From: the human T2T-CHM13v2.0 reference genome, Homo sapiens
Reading direction: 5' to 3' (one strand)
Length of the DNA stretch: 64,000 bases
Assembly: GCF_009914755.1 (NCBI RefSeq)
Contig: NC_060934.1
Below the pieces are notes generated by a model that saw only the letters and a program-made list of their open reading frames with translations, searched no databases and had not been told where the DNA came from. Positions 1-64,000 of the stretch are shown in pieces; the first letter of the stretch is position 1; every line of letters begins with the position of its first letter. Both the position numbers and the translations under genes were made by a program.

Positions 1-722
1 GGGCAGTTCCCCATAGGCTGTGGTTCCCCTGCTCCTGTCTCACAGCCTAAGACAGCTTCCAGCAAAAGGCAGTTCATCCCTTTCACCTTCCATCCAACCT
101 AGCCCACCCTTAATAATGCCGGCAGATGAGAAATTCCATTTTAACAGCGCCAAAGTTTCCTCTCTTGGTTCTGCTCAGCACCCATCCCTCACGTCCATGA
201 GTTGTTCAAAGGGTGAACAGCAGTCAGCTCTACCCCAGACCCTGGGCTACAGAGAAATACGGACCTGGAAATACCAAGTCAGAGGCAGGGAAAAGGTAAG
301 GGCAGGCTCATAAACCACAGAAGGGAGAAACAAAAGACCCACATGATGGGTCACAGCAGAGGTAGGCTTAAAAGTAACAATCCTGTTCACCCTCTCAGAA
401 GCCACTTAAATAGAAGATCCCTGGGGGAGAAGATATCCTGCCCCAGGTCCTTACAGAGTGTAGTATTAGGGAGAGTGAAGAACTGATTCTATGCCCTGCC
501 TCCAGGCCTGAGAGTGTCTTGGACAGATCCTAGAAGGCCAGACATAAAGGAGTAAAAAGCAGGCACTCAGCTGGTTTGGAGCCAAGCCTACAGCATCACA
601 TACCTGGCAGCAAGGAAAAGAGTCGGGAAAAAGAAACAGAATCTGTTGCAGAAGTCCCCTCTTCTGCAGGGAGGAGTTATGTAACAGCAGAAGTGGCCTC
701 CTAGCAAGAGAGGCTGCCTGGT

Positions 723-30053
<29,331 letters not shown>

Positions 30054-30359
30054 GGTCTATCCTGTAGGTGGCAGAAAACTGACATGGCCCTCAGCCCACT
30101 GAAAATAGAAACCAGCAAACTTAACAGCCAGATCCAGGGAGCATCTGCGGACAAGAGTTCTTGTTTGTCTTTCTCCATCACAAGATAGGGCATTTCAGGG
30201 CAACACAGAGTGACAAATACATGACCATCTGCAGATCTAAAGATAGTTCATTCACCCAATTACTGAAATGTAATGCTTTAAACCTCAAATGATACTCAAC
30301 CACAATGGCTACCACAGGTCCAGTGGTGATAACCATCAAACCAGACAATCTCTCAGTGA

Positions 30360-31690
<1,331 letters not shown>

Positions 31691-32379
31691 GACATCCATT
31701 TTAACTCTGTGGTTTCTGATCTAATTCCAATGTATATTCAAGGTCCCATCCCAACAGGCTAGCAAACAGGTAGAAATGATTTTTAAAAATTACACTGAAC
31801 TTGAGGAGAAAGCTTGGGACCTACTGTGACCTGCTTGAGTAAGCTATAGTCAGATCAGTCTCACCTACAAAAACAGGAGATAGTATTACTTAATCTCTAA
31901 GGTACTTTCTAGCGTGAAGAAAGTTTAAGCCTGCCCATTAAGCCAAGATTTCCAAAGCACCTTTAAACACTTGTGGCTACTATCACGTATTCTGTGACCA
32001 GCTCAACACTCTACTATACAGTCACCAGTGCCACCTGCTGGTCACAGCCATTTTAATGTTTCTGGGAAAAGATTCCCTAACAACAAAAATAGGAGCTGCG
32101 ATAAGCAGCTGTGCATTTGATGTGCATATCTCAGTTAATTCTCTCAGTGGTCTTATCAGGTAAGTACTATGATTATCCCCATTTTCTAGAGATGACAACT
32201 GGCTAGGCCGGGATGTGAACCCCCATCAGCATCAAGAGCCCGTATTTCTAACCACTGTACTAGTCGCAAGTAAACCCTAGAAAGTGTTTTAATCGCTGAC
32301 AGTCTAGGAACTGGGAAAATGGGCTCTTAATTCACATTGTTAAGAGGCATCTATTCACAAAAAAAGGGCCCCCGCTGGG

Positions 32380-33140
32380 GTCAGATTGGCCATGGGGGCG
32401 TGAGGGGGAGATGACCAATGAAATGCTCGACAGACCTGCCGTGCAGGAGGGCACCAGCTACCCTTGGCAGTCCAGTCCCTAGGGAGGACGGTCAGCACAG
32501 CCTCTTTCCCGCTGTCGCCGAAGCGCGGCGCGCCAGGGTCAGCAATGACAGACCTTCCCGCCCAGCCCAAACGCAGCGACACCGGACGGCCTCGGCTGGG
32601 CCAGGTCAGGACCAAGGCGGATGGGAAGGCGCAAGGCAGCGCTGAACAGGGAGACCCTCATCCGGCTGGGGGTTCCCGTGCGGCAGGGACAGTAGAGCCG
32701 GATCCAATTCAAGGGTAGACGTAGTGGAGGCCCCCGAGGCCCGGACCCGCGGGCAGGGCAGGCGCGGGCCGGGGGCTCCGCAGCAAGCGGGCTCCCCTCC
32801 GCGCTCTGCCGAGAAAGGAGCAGTGCTCCGGGTCCCCAGCGCAATCTCTGCTACCAGGGACCCCAGACCGGCGGGGCGAACCAACCTGTGCGGAAGACCC
32901 CGGACAAGGGTCAGGCGCGGCGGCCGGAGCCGCTCCTCTGGCAGGGCTCTCGCGCGGAGCCGGGCGCTGTGGACGGCGGCTGCGGAGGACCAAAGCGGCG
33001 CGGACCCCGGCAGGGCACCGTCGGAAACACGCTCCGCGGGCGCCGAGCCCGAGACACTGACAGACCCACGGAGAACGTTTCCAAACAGGATTATAGCTTT
33101 TAACCGGGCCTCCCTCACCTACCCTGTGATTGCGCAGCGG
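32380..33140. promoter_or_regulatory. CpG island / SEC31B promoter
   Basis: Dense CpG and high GC around SEC31B exon 1; GC-box-like GGCGGGGCG near 32870. Confidence 0.85.
32886..32944 (-). other. SEC31B: SEC31B non-coding exon 1 (5' end approximate)
   Basis: Donor CACAG|gttggt at 32886 inside the CpG island. TSS position is inferred, not observed. Confidence 0.65.
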
Positions 33141-33564
33141 GTCAGATCTGGACCAGTAAGTTCTGGTCTATTCAGTTTGAGCCAGGCTCTAGGGCCAGTC
33201 TCTGAAAAGGGAAAATACTAACTCATTATCTATGTATTGAAGCGGGAGAAGACCCGGCCCTGGCCCCAGGAGCCCTCAGTGGAATCCATTTAGTTGAAAA
33301 CGTAAAAAGCAATCGAGGCTGTAAATGGCAGTGAGTGTTGCACTGCAGCCCAGCAGAAACTGGTGCCCAAAACTTGGTTGAATTAAGGGCTATAAGTGTA
33401 TGGAGGGTGAGACTACAGGGCCAGGGGCTTCCTGAAATATTTGAGGAACATAGGAGGGGTGTTATCCTCTGGAGCTGCAAGAACACAGGTGATATTCCAG
33501 CCGATAATGTATTTTTTATGTTGAAGAAATTGTGCCACTTCCAAATAAAAATGTTCTGTAGACA

Positions 33565-33971
<407 letters not shown>

Positions 33972-34307
33972 TCATTGTGACACGACTCCAGTTCCCTTCC
34001 ATGTGGATCTGGCAATTTTGAAGTTAGACAGAAGATAATTCAGTGCATTATCTGTGCCTAGCCCACGCTTCCTACCTACTAAGTACTCAAGTATTTCCTG
34101 AACTTCTTAGCTGGCACAATAGGGAATGAAGCCTGAGGAAAAGTAAACAGGGTTAAAAACTAAACCTGAGAGAAGGAGGCAGAAGAGTTACTGATGGAAT
34201 ACTCCTAAAGAAATTTGAACCAGAAGCTTAAGTCACAGTTTCGGGTAGGACATGATTAAGCCAAATTAAAAGTGCACTTTCTCAACTCACACCTCTTAAG
34301 AATTCTT

Positions 34308-34987
<680 letters not shown>

Positions 34988-35328
34988 TCAGTTTTATATC
35001 TCCAGGGCTTATCAGTGTTTGATACATATTAGACACACAGGTGTTTGTTAAGGAAATGATTATCAAATGCTATAGAGAATGAAGACAGATAAAAAGCCAG
35101 TGGGGACCTTCAAAGAATAGCATTCCACAAGTATCCACTCCCTGACCTCACAAAAGGTCTCTCACTGCCTGCACAACTAAGACTCCACATCTAATTTGAA
35201 TGAACTTGCTTCTTTTGGTCACATAAAATGTATGCTTTTCTATGGGACAGGTTTTCCGGCAATATACTGTAACTTAAGAATATGTCCCCAAAGGAATATG
35301 GGTTGGTTCACTTAAAAATAGACATGAG

Positions 35329-35614
35329 GGCTGGGTACAGTGGCTCCTGCCTGTATTCCCAGTGCTTTAGGAAGCTGAGGCAGGATTGCTTGAGGCCAGG
35401 AGTTTGAGCCAGCCTGGGCAACATAGCAAGATCCCACCTCAACAAAAAATAAGAAACTTAGGTTCGTACATACCAGTAATCCTAGCTACTAGGGAGGTTG
35501 AGTAAGGAGGATCCCTTGAGCCCAGGGGTTTGAGGCTACAGAGAGCTATGATTGTGCTACTGCACTTCCACCTGGGGAACAGAGGAAGATCCTATCTCTA
35601 AATAAAACAAAAAA
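35329..35614 (+). mobile_element. Alu (diverged, AluJ-like)
   Basis: Dimer. Confidence 0.85.
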
Positions 35615-35941
35615 CAGATGAATGATAGACTCTCAAAAACATAGTTTTTCTCTAAGACTGTTATAGGAGTGTGGATGAGTCATCAAAAGTAATCAAAGCT
35701 ATGAACATGTTCAGTAGTAACTCACTGACTGTCCTCCAATTCATAAATACAGGTAATGTCAACTTATTAAGAAGCTATGATTCAGAAGCTGCTTTGGAAT
35801 AAGGAATATTCTTATAACGGAAATAAGATCAGAGGCAGTCGCAGCCTTAGGCAGACAGGACAAAAACACTTATCAGTCCTGTAATATACTTGAAACACGT
35901 TAGAGCACATTTTTTTCCAAGTAACCACTATTATTAAGGAG

Positions 35942-36531
35942 TTTTTTTTGTTTTTTTTTGTTTTGAGACGGTCTGGCTCTGTCGCCCAGGCTGGAGTGCA
36001 GTGCCACCATCTCACCGCAACCTTGACCTCCTGGGTTCAAGGGAGTCTCCTGCCTCAGCCTCTGGAGTAGCTGGGATTACAAGCATACACCACCAAGCTT
36101 GGCTAATATTTTGTATTCTTAATAGAGACGGGGTTTTGCTGTGTTAGTCAGGCTAGTCTTCAACTCCTGGCCTCAAGTGATTCACCCGCCTCGGCCTCCC
36201 AAAGTGCTGGGTTACAGGCTGAGCCACCACGCCATGCCAAGGTTTTTTTCGAGACAGGGTCTTGCTGTGTTGCCCAGGCTGGAGCAGTGTTGCAAACATG
36301 GCTCACTGCACGCTCCTGGGCTCAAATGATCCTCCCAGCTCAGCCTGCTGCACAGCTGGGACCACAGGCGCGCACTGCTGTGCCCAGTGAATTTTCTGAA
36401 ATTTTTTTTTGCAGAGATGGGGTCTCGTCATGTTGCCCAGGCTAGTCTCAAAGTCCTGAGCTTCAAGCAATCCTTCCACCTCAGCCTCCCAAAGTGTTGG
36501 GATAATAGGCGTGAGCTACCAGACCCAGACT
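35942..36531 (-). mobile_element. Two tandem antisense Alus (35942-36239; 36243-36531)
   Basis: Antisense Alu motifs. Confidence 0.88.
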
Positions 36532-36858
36532 AGAAAGGTTTTTTATGTGAAATAAATCTTGTTCCAACTTGGAAAGTTAGGAACATTTCTTCCTTGACCC
36601 TGTAAATGGGAAAAGGAGGGACCCTTAACACCTCCACACAGCTAAAACCCTTAAGTACCTTTACAACCCAAGTGAAATTAACAAATTAACATTTTGTGCC
36701 TAAGTCCCCATCCACCCCACCCTCTTATCCTTTAAATTTCAGAAAAAGAAAACAGGGAAGACAGCAGACATCAAGCAGAAAAAAAGGGAAAAGGATGAGG
36801 TTCCTCAAGGCAGTGACTATTCCTGGGGAAATGAGGCACAAATAACACAGCACTGAGT

Positions 36859-36864
36859 TTTATT
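36859..36864 (-). terminator. NDUFB8 polyadenylation signal AATAAA
   Basis: tttatt on the plus strand about 75 nt after the stop, followed by GU/U-rich sequence (tgtgttatttgtg). Confidence 0.85.
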
Positions 36865-36939
36865 AGGGATTTCATTAAGGTTAAATTTCTAGGAATGAGG
36901 GAGTCCTAGTTAGAGGACCCAAAAGCCCACGAAGCCTCC

Positions 36940-42936
<5,997 letters not shown>

Positions 42937-43811
42937 CTTCACCTTCTTCACGTTTCCCTTCTGCACATGCGCAAAGGCCTGTCACGGCGGCTGAGCCGGG
43001 CCAAACGTGACGGAGGAAGCCGGGAGTGAAGAAAAGCCGAAGGGTTCAACAGGGGCGGGGTTTAAATACGGAGTTGGGAAGCCAAGGGTTGGATAGAGGC
43101 TGGGAAGGATAAGCGGGAAGAAGGGAAAACCAGGCAGGTCTCTGACATTTCAGAATGTTGTGTCCTTTTTCTCCCTGAGCTGACTTAGACCCATCCAGGG
43201 ATGATGGGAACTCGGAACCTGAGCAACTCAGGTAGACAGCTTAACCACCTCCCCCAGGAGCTGTACTAGTGAAATGAGCCTGTCTTACTCTCTTCTCTGG
43301 CTGCTTGCTTTCCTCTCCTTCACGGGCACTTCCTTCCATCCCCAAACATGATCATTCTTCAAATTCACCTGTTGGTCTTGCTTGTTGTTCTGTTCTCCAA
43401 ATGGGTTGATCTTCACTTAGACGCCAGTGCAACACACAATTCGGCCCTGAATTGGCTCCTTAGTTTCAGTCCGTGTTTCCATCTGCATGTCTCAGTCACC
43501 TCAACCCAACAAATGTAAAATTAAACTTATCACCAGAGGCAGCTCTCCAGAGACAGCTTAAAGCCTCAGAGTTGGTAGGACTTGGATAAAACAAATTACA
43601 AACCGGCCCATAATGAACAAACTAACTCAACAGAAGAATTGGAGACATTATTATGTTTGCATATGAATGTTTTCACTTGGGATTTGAATAACTTACACAT
43701 TATAAATATGCACGTATTTCCAGTGACTTTTCAGGTGACCACTGTTTTGGAGCAGAACCTATTATTATAAACATTCTCAAGTATATATCAGAGCAATAAA
43801 AATGCATATAA

Positions 43812-43935
43812 GCTGGGAGCTGTGGCTCACACCTGTAATCCCAACACTTTGGGAGGCCTAGGTTGGAGAATGGCTGGAGACCAGGAGTTTGAGACCAGCC
43901 TGGGTGACATAGTGAGACTTCGTCTCTTTTTTTTT
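43812..43935 (+). mobile_element. FLAM-type Alu monomer
   Basis: Single arm. Confidence 0.8.
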
Positions 43936-44124
43936 AAGTTATAAAAAGTAAACAAATATGGATATATACTATTTAATATATAAATTTTGGGAAGGACTAC
44001 ACAGCAACTTGCTGTCTTGTAAATGAGCATCACTAGTTGATGTTCAGAATAATTGCACAACATCTGCATTCAACCAATAGCAAACCCTGATCCAATTTAG
44101 GTCAAGAAACAGAGTTGATCTAAT

Positions 44125-47579
<3,455 letters not shown>

Positions 47580-47708
47580 TTCAAACACTGCAGATAAAAT
47601 GAAAGCCTTGATTGCCCCCTGCAGCCTCAAACACTTCCACAGAGGTAGCCCTATTATCGGTTTGGTGTAGCATGGTTACTATGTAGCATAATTACATAGT
47701 TAAGCCAG

Positions 47709-48350
47709 TGCATTCATTTCTATTACTGCATAACAAATTACTATAAATTTAGCAGCCCAAAACACCAATTTATTTTCTCACATATTCCATGAGTCCAGGT
47801 ACTGGTTGGCTGAGTCCTCAGCTCAGGGTCTTATCAGGCTGAAATCAAGGTGTTGGCTGGGTTAGCAATCTCATCTGAGGCTCCGTGTGTGTCCTTTCCC
47901 AAGTTCAGTGGTTGTTGCCAGAATTCAGTTACTTGCATTTGTAGGATTAAGGTGCCCACTTTCTTGTTGGCTGTCACCCAGGAGCCTTTCTCAGCTCCTA
48001 GAGTCCACCTGCCATTTCCTGCCATATGGCAGTTTGCTCCTTCAAGGTGAACAGGACAGCTGTGCTGTGGCTTCAAATCTCTTAGATTCTGTCTCTGACC
48101 TCTAGCCCTGATTTAAAGGGCTAGAGTGATAAGATGAAGCCCACCAGGATAAATCACCTCTTTTTGACTGCCTTAAAGTTAATTGATTAGGGACTTTAAT
48201 TACATCCTTGTCATATAAGCTAACCTAATTACAGGAGTGATGCTCTATCATATTCACAGTCGTGTTTTCTTTTAAGGGGAGAAATGTATACAGGATGTGT
48301 ACACCGTAGGGTACAAATCTTGGGATACATCTTAGAATTGGGCCTCTCAC
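47709..48350 (-). mobile_element. MLT1-type MaLR LTR
   Basis: ctattactgcataacaaattac...; ggctgaaatcaaggtgttggctggg motifs. Confidence 0.75.
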
Positions 48351-48869
48351 AGCCAGCCATAAGAACTGTCCAAGTAAGCAATAGAGGTATTAATATGGCC
48401 TTTTATAATCAGTATAGATTGTTTGAAAATGTGAGATGTCCATTGTTGGCCTCTAATAACATTCGATTCACGGCAAACATATATTCAAGTAGGAGACATG
48501 GTGATATAGGCAGAAAAATCAAATGATGCTAAACAAAAGAAAACTGTCTTTGATTTTGAAAGAATTCAACTTGCTGTATATCTTTTGCCTAAGCCTTCAG
48601 TCAGCCTTTGCTCTACATCTACCAATGTGATCACTGCTTTTCCTTCTGACTTCTTTAGGTGGGTCAAGAGTTTGCTTTTCTCCCCATTCATGAGTGTAAA
48701 GTTTAATGCCTAACTGAACTTGCTTCCTTCTTTGACTCTTGTGTAGACTTGGGCACATGGGGCAACTTTTTTTGTGTTTTGCTCTACCAGGTCGTCCCTA
48801 TTCCGTGGGACTAGTGTCTAGCCCCATTTCTTCAGCAGTGGAGCCTAGGATGTAGAGCTGCATACTACC

Positions 48870-61226
<12,357 letters not shown>

Positions 61227-62055
61227 CCTGCCAGGGGTCAAGGCCTCCTGCCAGGTGACTGCTATCCCGTCCACACCGCTTCATTGATGAGGACAGGAGA
61301 CTCCAAGCGCTAGTATTGCACGCTGCACTTAATGGACTGGACTCTTGCCATGGCCCAGGAGTCAGGTGTTTGGAGCGAGGCAGGGCAGTTGGCACTCCAC
61401 TCCTATTTGGAGGGACTTCATACCCTTGCCTCTTGTGCCCCAGCACCTTCTCTCTCTGCCCCCCGCCTAAAGTCCTGCATTCAGTGTGTGGAGTCCCAGC
61501 TTTTGGTTGTCATCATGTCTGTGTGTATGTTAGTCTGTCAACTTCAGAATGTGTGCGTGTGTGTGCATGCACACGCATGTATGTATCTGTTCCCTGTTCC
61601 TTCTGGGTCAGGCTGTCACTTCCGGCTCTCAGCCCTATCTCCTGCAACCTCAGTGCCTCAGCCTGAGAGAGAGATGAGATGCTCTTGGACTCCCCACTGC
61701 ATCTGGGCTGCAGGGCCAGAGCTAGTCTGACCATTAGGTCAGTCTGCCTCCTGACAGTTTTTGCGTAGTCAAGCTCTAGGCGGTATGGGAATGGCTACCG
61801 GGACTCTAATGGGGTGAAAGAGAGGGGAGGCTTGCCTTTGAGAGCCTGTATAGCCTTCCTGTGAGAGAGGATTAGATAGGGTTCCAACTGGGCCTACAAG
61901 CTCAAGCCATACATAAAAGGACCTTGGGACATAAGAACCAATGATTGTGCATAAGTTCTAAATTAGAGACACATATAGTTTCTCTCTTTCAGCACCAGCT
62001 CTTGCCCCTATGCTGGGTACCAAGGGAGTTCTCCTAGCTGTGGCTTCTCTAGGTT

Positions 62056-62179
62056 CTAGGGGTGCAAGCCTCTGTGTGTTTGTTTGTGTGTGTCTGTGTG
62101 TGCGTATCCACACTAGGGGTGCAAGCCTCTGTGTGTGTGTGTGTGTGTCCGTGTGTGTGTGTGTGTGTGTGTCCACACT
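62056..62179. repeat. Two-copy repeat: ctaggggtgcaagcctct + (GT)n-like + tccaca
   Basis: Units start at 62056 and 62113. Confidence 0.9.
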
Positions 62180-63389
62180 GGCCAGCCTCCCTACTTACCA
62201 AGGTTCTCCACTGCTTACCTTTTCCAGTGGGACAGTACAGTGTGAGCCCCCGGGAAGTACTGCCTGACCTATCCTAAGCTTTTACACTTGGATTTTAGCC
62301 ATCATATGTTGGCCAGGTCTCACTGCAGCCTGCCCGAGGCTAACTGGCTAGAGCCTCCAGGCCCTATGATGCTCCCTGCCCAGGCCATATCCTTTATTCC
62401 TGCTGAGCTTCCTGGCTGAATAGATGAAATGGGGTCAAGCCCAGGCAGCTCATTCACTACCTGTGATCCACCTCAGGGCACGGGCAAACACATAGGCTTG
62501 CGTCTTAAAGCCAGCTCCTCTGCCAGACCCCCTTGTAATGTGCCACAACACCCTCAATAGTCAGGGCAACTGGTGGAGCATGGAAGTCGAATTTCCTTTT
62601 CTGTTAGGAGCTACTCCTGGGAACCCCTCTCAGGGCTGCAGCTTACAGGTGGGCAGCTGTGATTGCACAACTTGAAGGGCCATCATTCACATCTATTCAG
62701 TGGGAGTGGGGTCCCTGGGATTGGGCAGTGTGGTGGCCCTGTGTCTCCTCACCTCTGCTCCTGTCTTCATCACCTTCTCTCTGGAAGGGAAGAGGAGTTG
62801 GAAGGTCTCTGGTTTTCTTTTCTTTTTTTTTTTTTTTGCCAAAGGTTTACTTCCAGCATCTGAGCTCTGGCTCTCACCCCTGAAGCTCAGTTATAGTGCA
62901 CTGATGAACTGAGAGGATGCGTGTGGATGTGTGTGCATGCCTGAGTGCGTTTTTTGGGGAGGGGTGTTTATTTTTAGTACCCCATTCTGGGGTTCTCTGA
63001 TGCAGTGTGGATGTGAAGATATGGTACCTTCTCAAGTGTAGCTCTTTCAAATATAGTCAATGCTGGGAAATGTGATTGCAGTGATCTCTATCTCTCCACT
63101 TCTTTTGGGAAAGAGGAGCACAGGAGCGGAGGAAAAACTTGGCCACAGTCACACTTGGAAAGATAGTAGATTATTTTCGTTCTCCTCAGCAGGTCTGCTG
63201 TATTCCTCGCTCAGCGCTCAAAGATGTGGGTGATGTGTCAAGGAGGCATGCACTCAGCTGGTCCTTGCTGAGTTATTTGCTGACACAGGTCTCACTAAGG
63301 TGGCTGAGGGGTGGGAGGGAGAAGGCTAATCTTGGAACCTTCACAGGATTGGCCTTGATCCTTGGGTAACACAAGAGTGATTCCTGATT

Positions 63390-63545
63390 TTTAGACACCT
63401 AATATGTGCCTAGTGCTTTTCTCTTTGTTCCTCACTATCCTGCAAGGTAGGTATTCTCACTTACAGATGAATAAATGGGCTCAGAGAGATTAGGTGATTA
63501 GTGACAATCAGTTGTAACTTAGCACTGTTAGGCTGCAAACCCCTT
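63390..63545. mobile_element. MIR fragment in the HIF1AN 3'UTR
   Basis: cacttacagatgaataaatgggctcagagagattaggtga core. Confidence 0.65.
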
Positions 63546-64000
63546 GCTCCTTCCTTTCCACCAAACTATGTTGATTTTCCTTCCTTACCTCCCTCCTTGT
63601 ACCACAGGTTCTGTCCTCAAGATATCACCCCACTGGGCAGTATCTGAAGGCAGACCCAGCCCAAGATGGTGCAGAATATACAGCTCAGGGTGAAAGTTCT
63701 TCTGGGCTCCTGCTAACAAAGTCTTGGAAAAACTGCCTGGGAAGCCATATTATGAATTAGTGCTAGAAGAAGCTGTGGGGGGAACTGAGTTCTGTGTCTA
63801 ATTGCATTACTTATGTGTCCTTGAATAGGACCCATAACTCCTCCCGGCATGCTTTTGCATCTATAGAACTGAAGCTGTAGTTCTAGATGGCACTAAGGGT
63901 CTTGGTTCATATTCAGCTGCTGCTTCCCCCCAAGGAAAAGATGAGGTTTTTCCCCTTCGATTACCTTTTGAGGGATGTTTAGGCTCAAATTCTGCTTGCC

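Larger units (their letters stand above)
61227..64000 (+). other. HIF1AN: HIF1AN long 3'UTR (probably continues beyond the window)
   Basis: I saw no AATAAA until 63470. Contains GU repeats and several miRNA seed matches. Confidence 0.75.

Noticed and set aside
32355-33221. Overlapping 71-170 aa Arg/Pro/Ala/Gly-rich ORFs on both strands
   Set aside because: Stop-codon depletion in the SEC31B CpG island; many use non-ATG starts and none shows a recognisable domain.

Overview
Human (primate) genomic DNA, recognisable as the chr10q24 SEC31B-NDUFB8-HIF1AN cluster. I reconstructed three complete spliced CDSs by hand from GT-AG boundaries. SEC31B (minus; 25 coding exons, 30053..723, 1179 aa) is a COPII outer-coat subunit. 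NDUFB8 (minus; 5 exons, 42936..36940, 186 aa) is a complex I accessory subunit. HIF1AN/FIH-1 (plus; 8 exons, 49046..61226, 349 aa) is a JmjC asparaginyl hydroxylase whose long 3'UTR may run off the window. Each gene has a CpG-island promoter. The rest is about 40 Alu elements/monomers plus L1, L2, MIR, MaLR LTRs, MER30B, MER5 and Tigger3. Most ORF-track entries are Alu/L1 or GC-rich artefacts. There are no prokaryotic features and no evidence of a wholly new gene system. The most interesting signals are hidden splicing and translation elements: a 9-nt in-frame microexon (YHE) with SRRM4-type architecture in SEC31B intron 5; a SEC31B uORF whose stop overlaps the main AUG and which an alternative acceptor could remove; candidate poison exons in SEC31B and HIF1AN; a stop-free in-frame SEC31B intron; an NDUFB8 cassette exon ending exactly on its stop codon; and splice sites that could link the three genes. 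The SEC31B haplotype also appears to differ from the reference at five codons. Novelty cannot be checked without databases, and several of these may already be annotated isoforms. Repeat boundaries and subfamilies are by eye.
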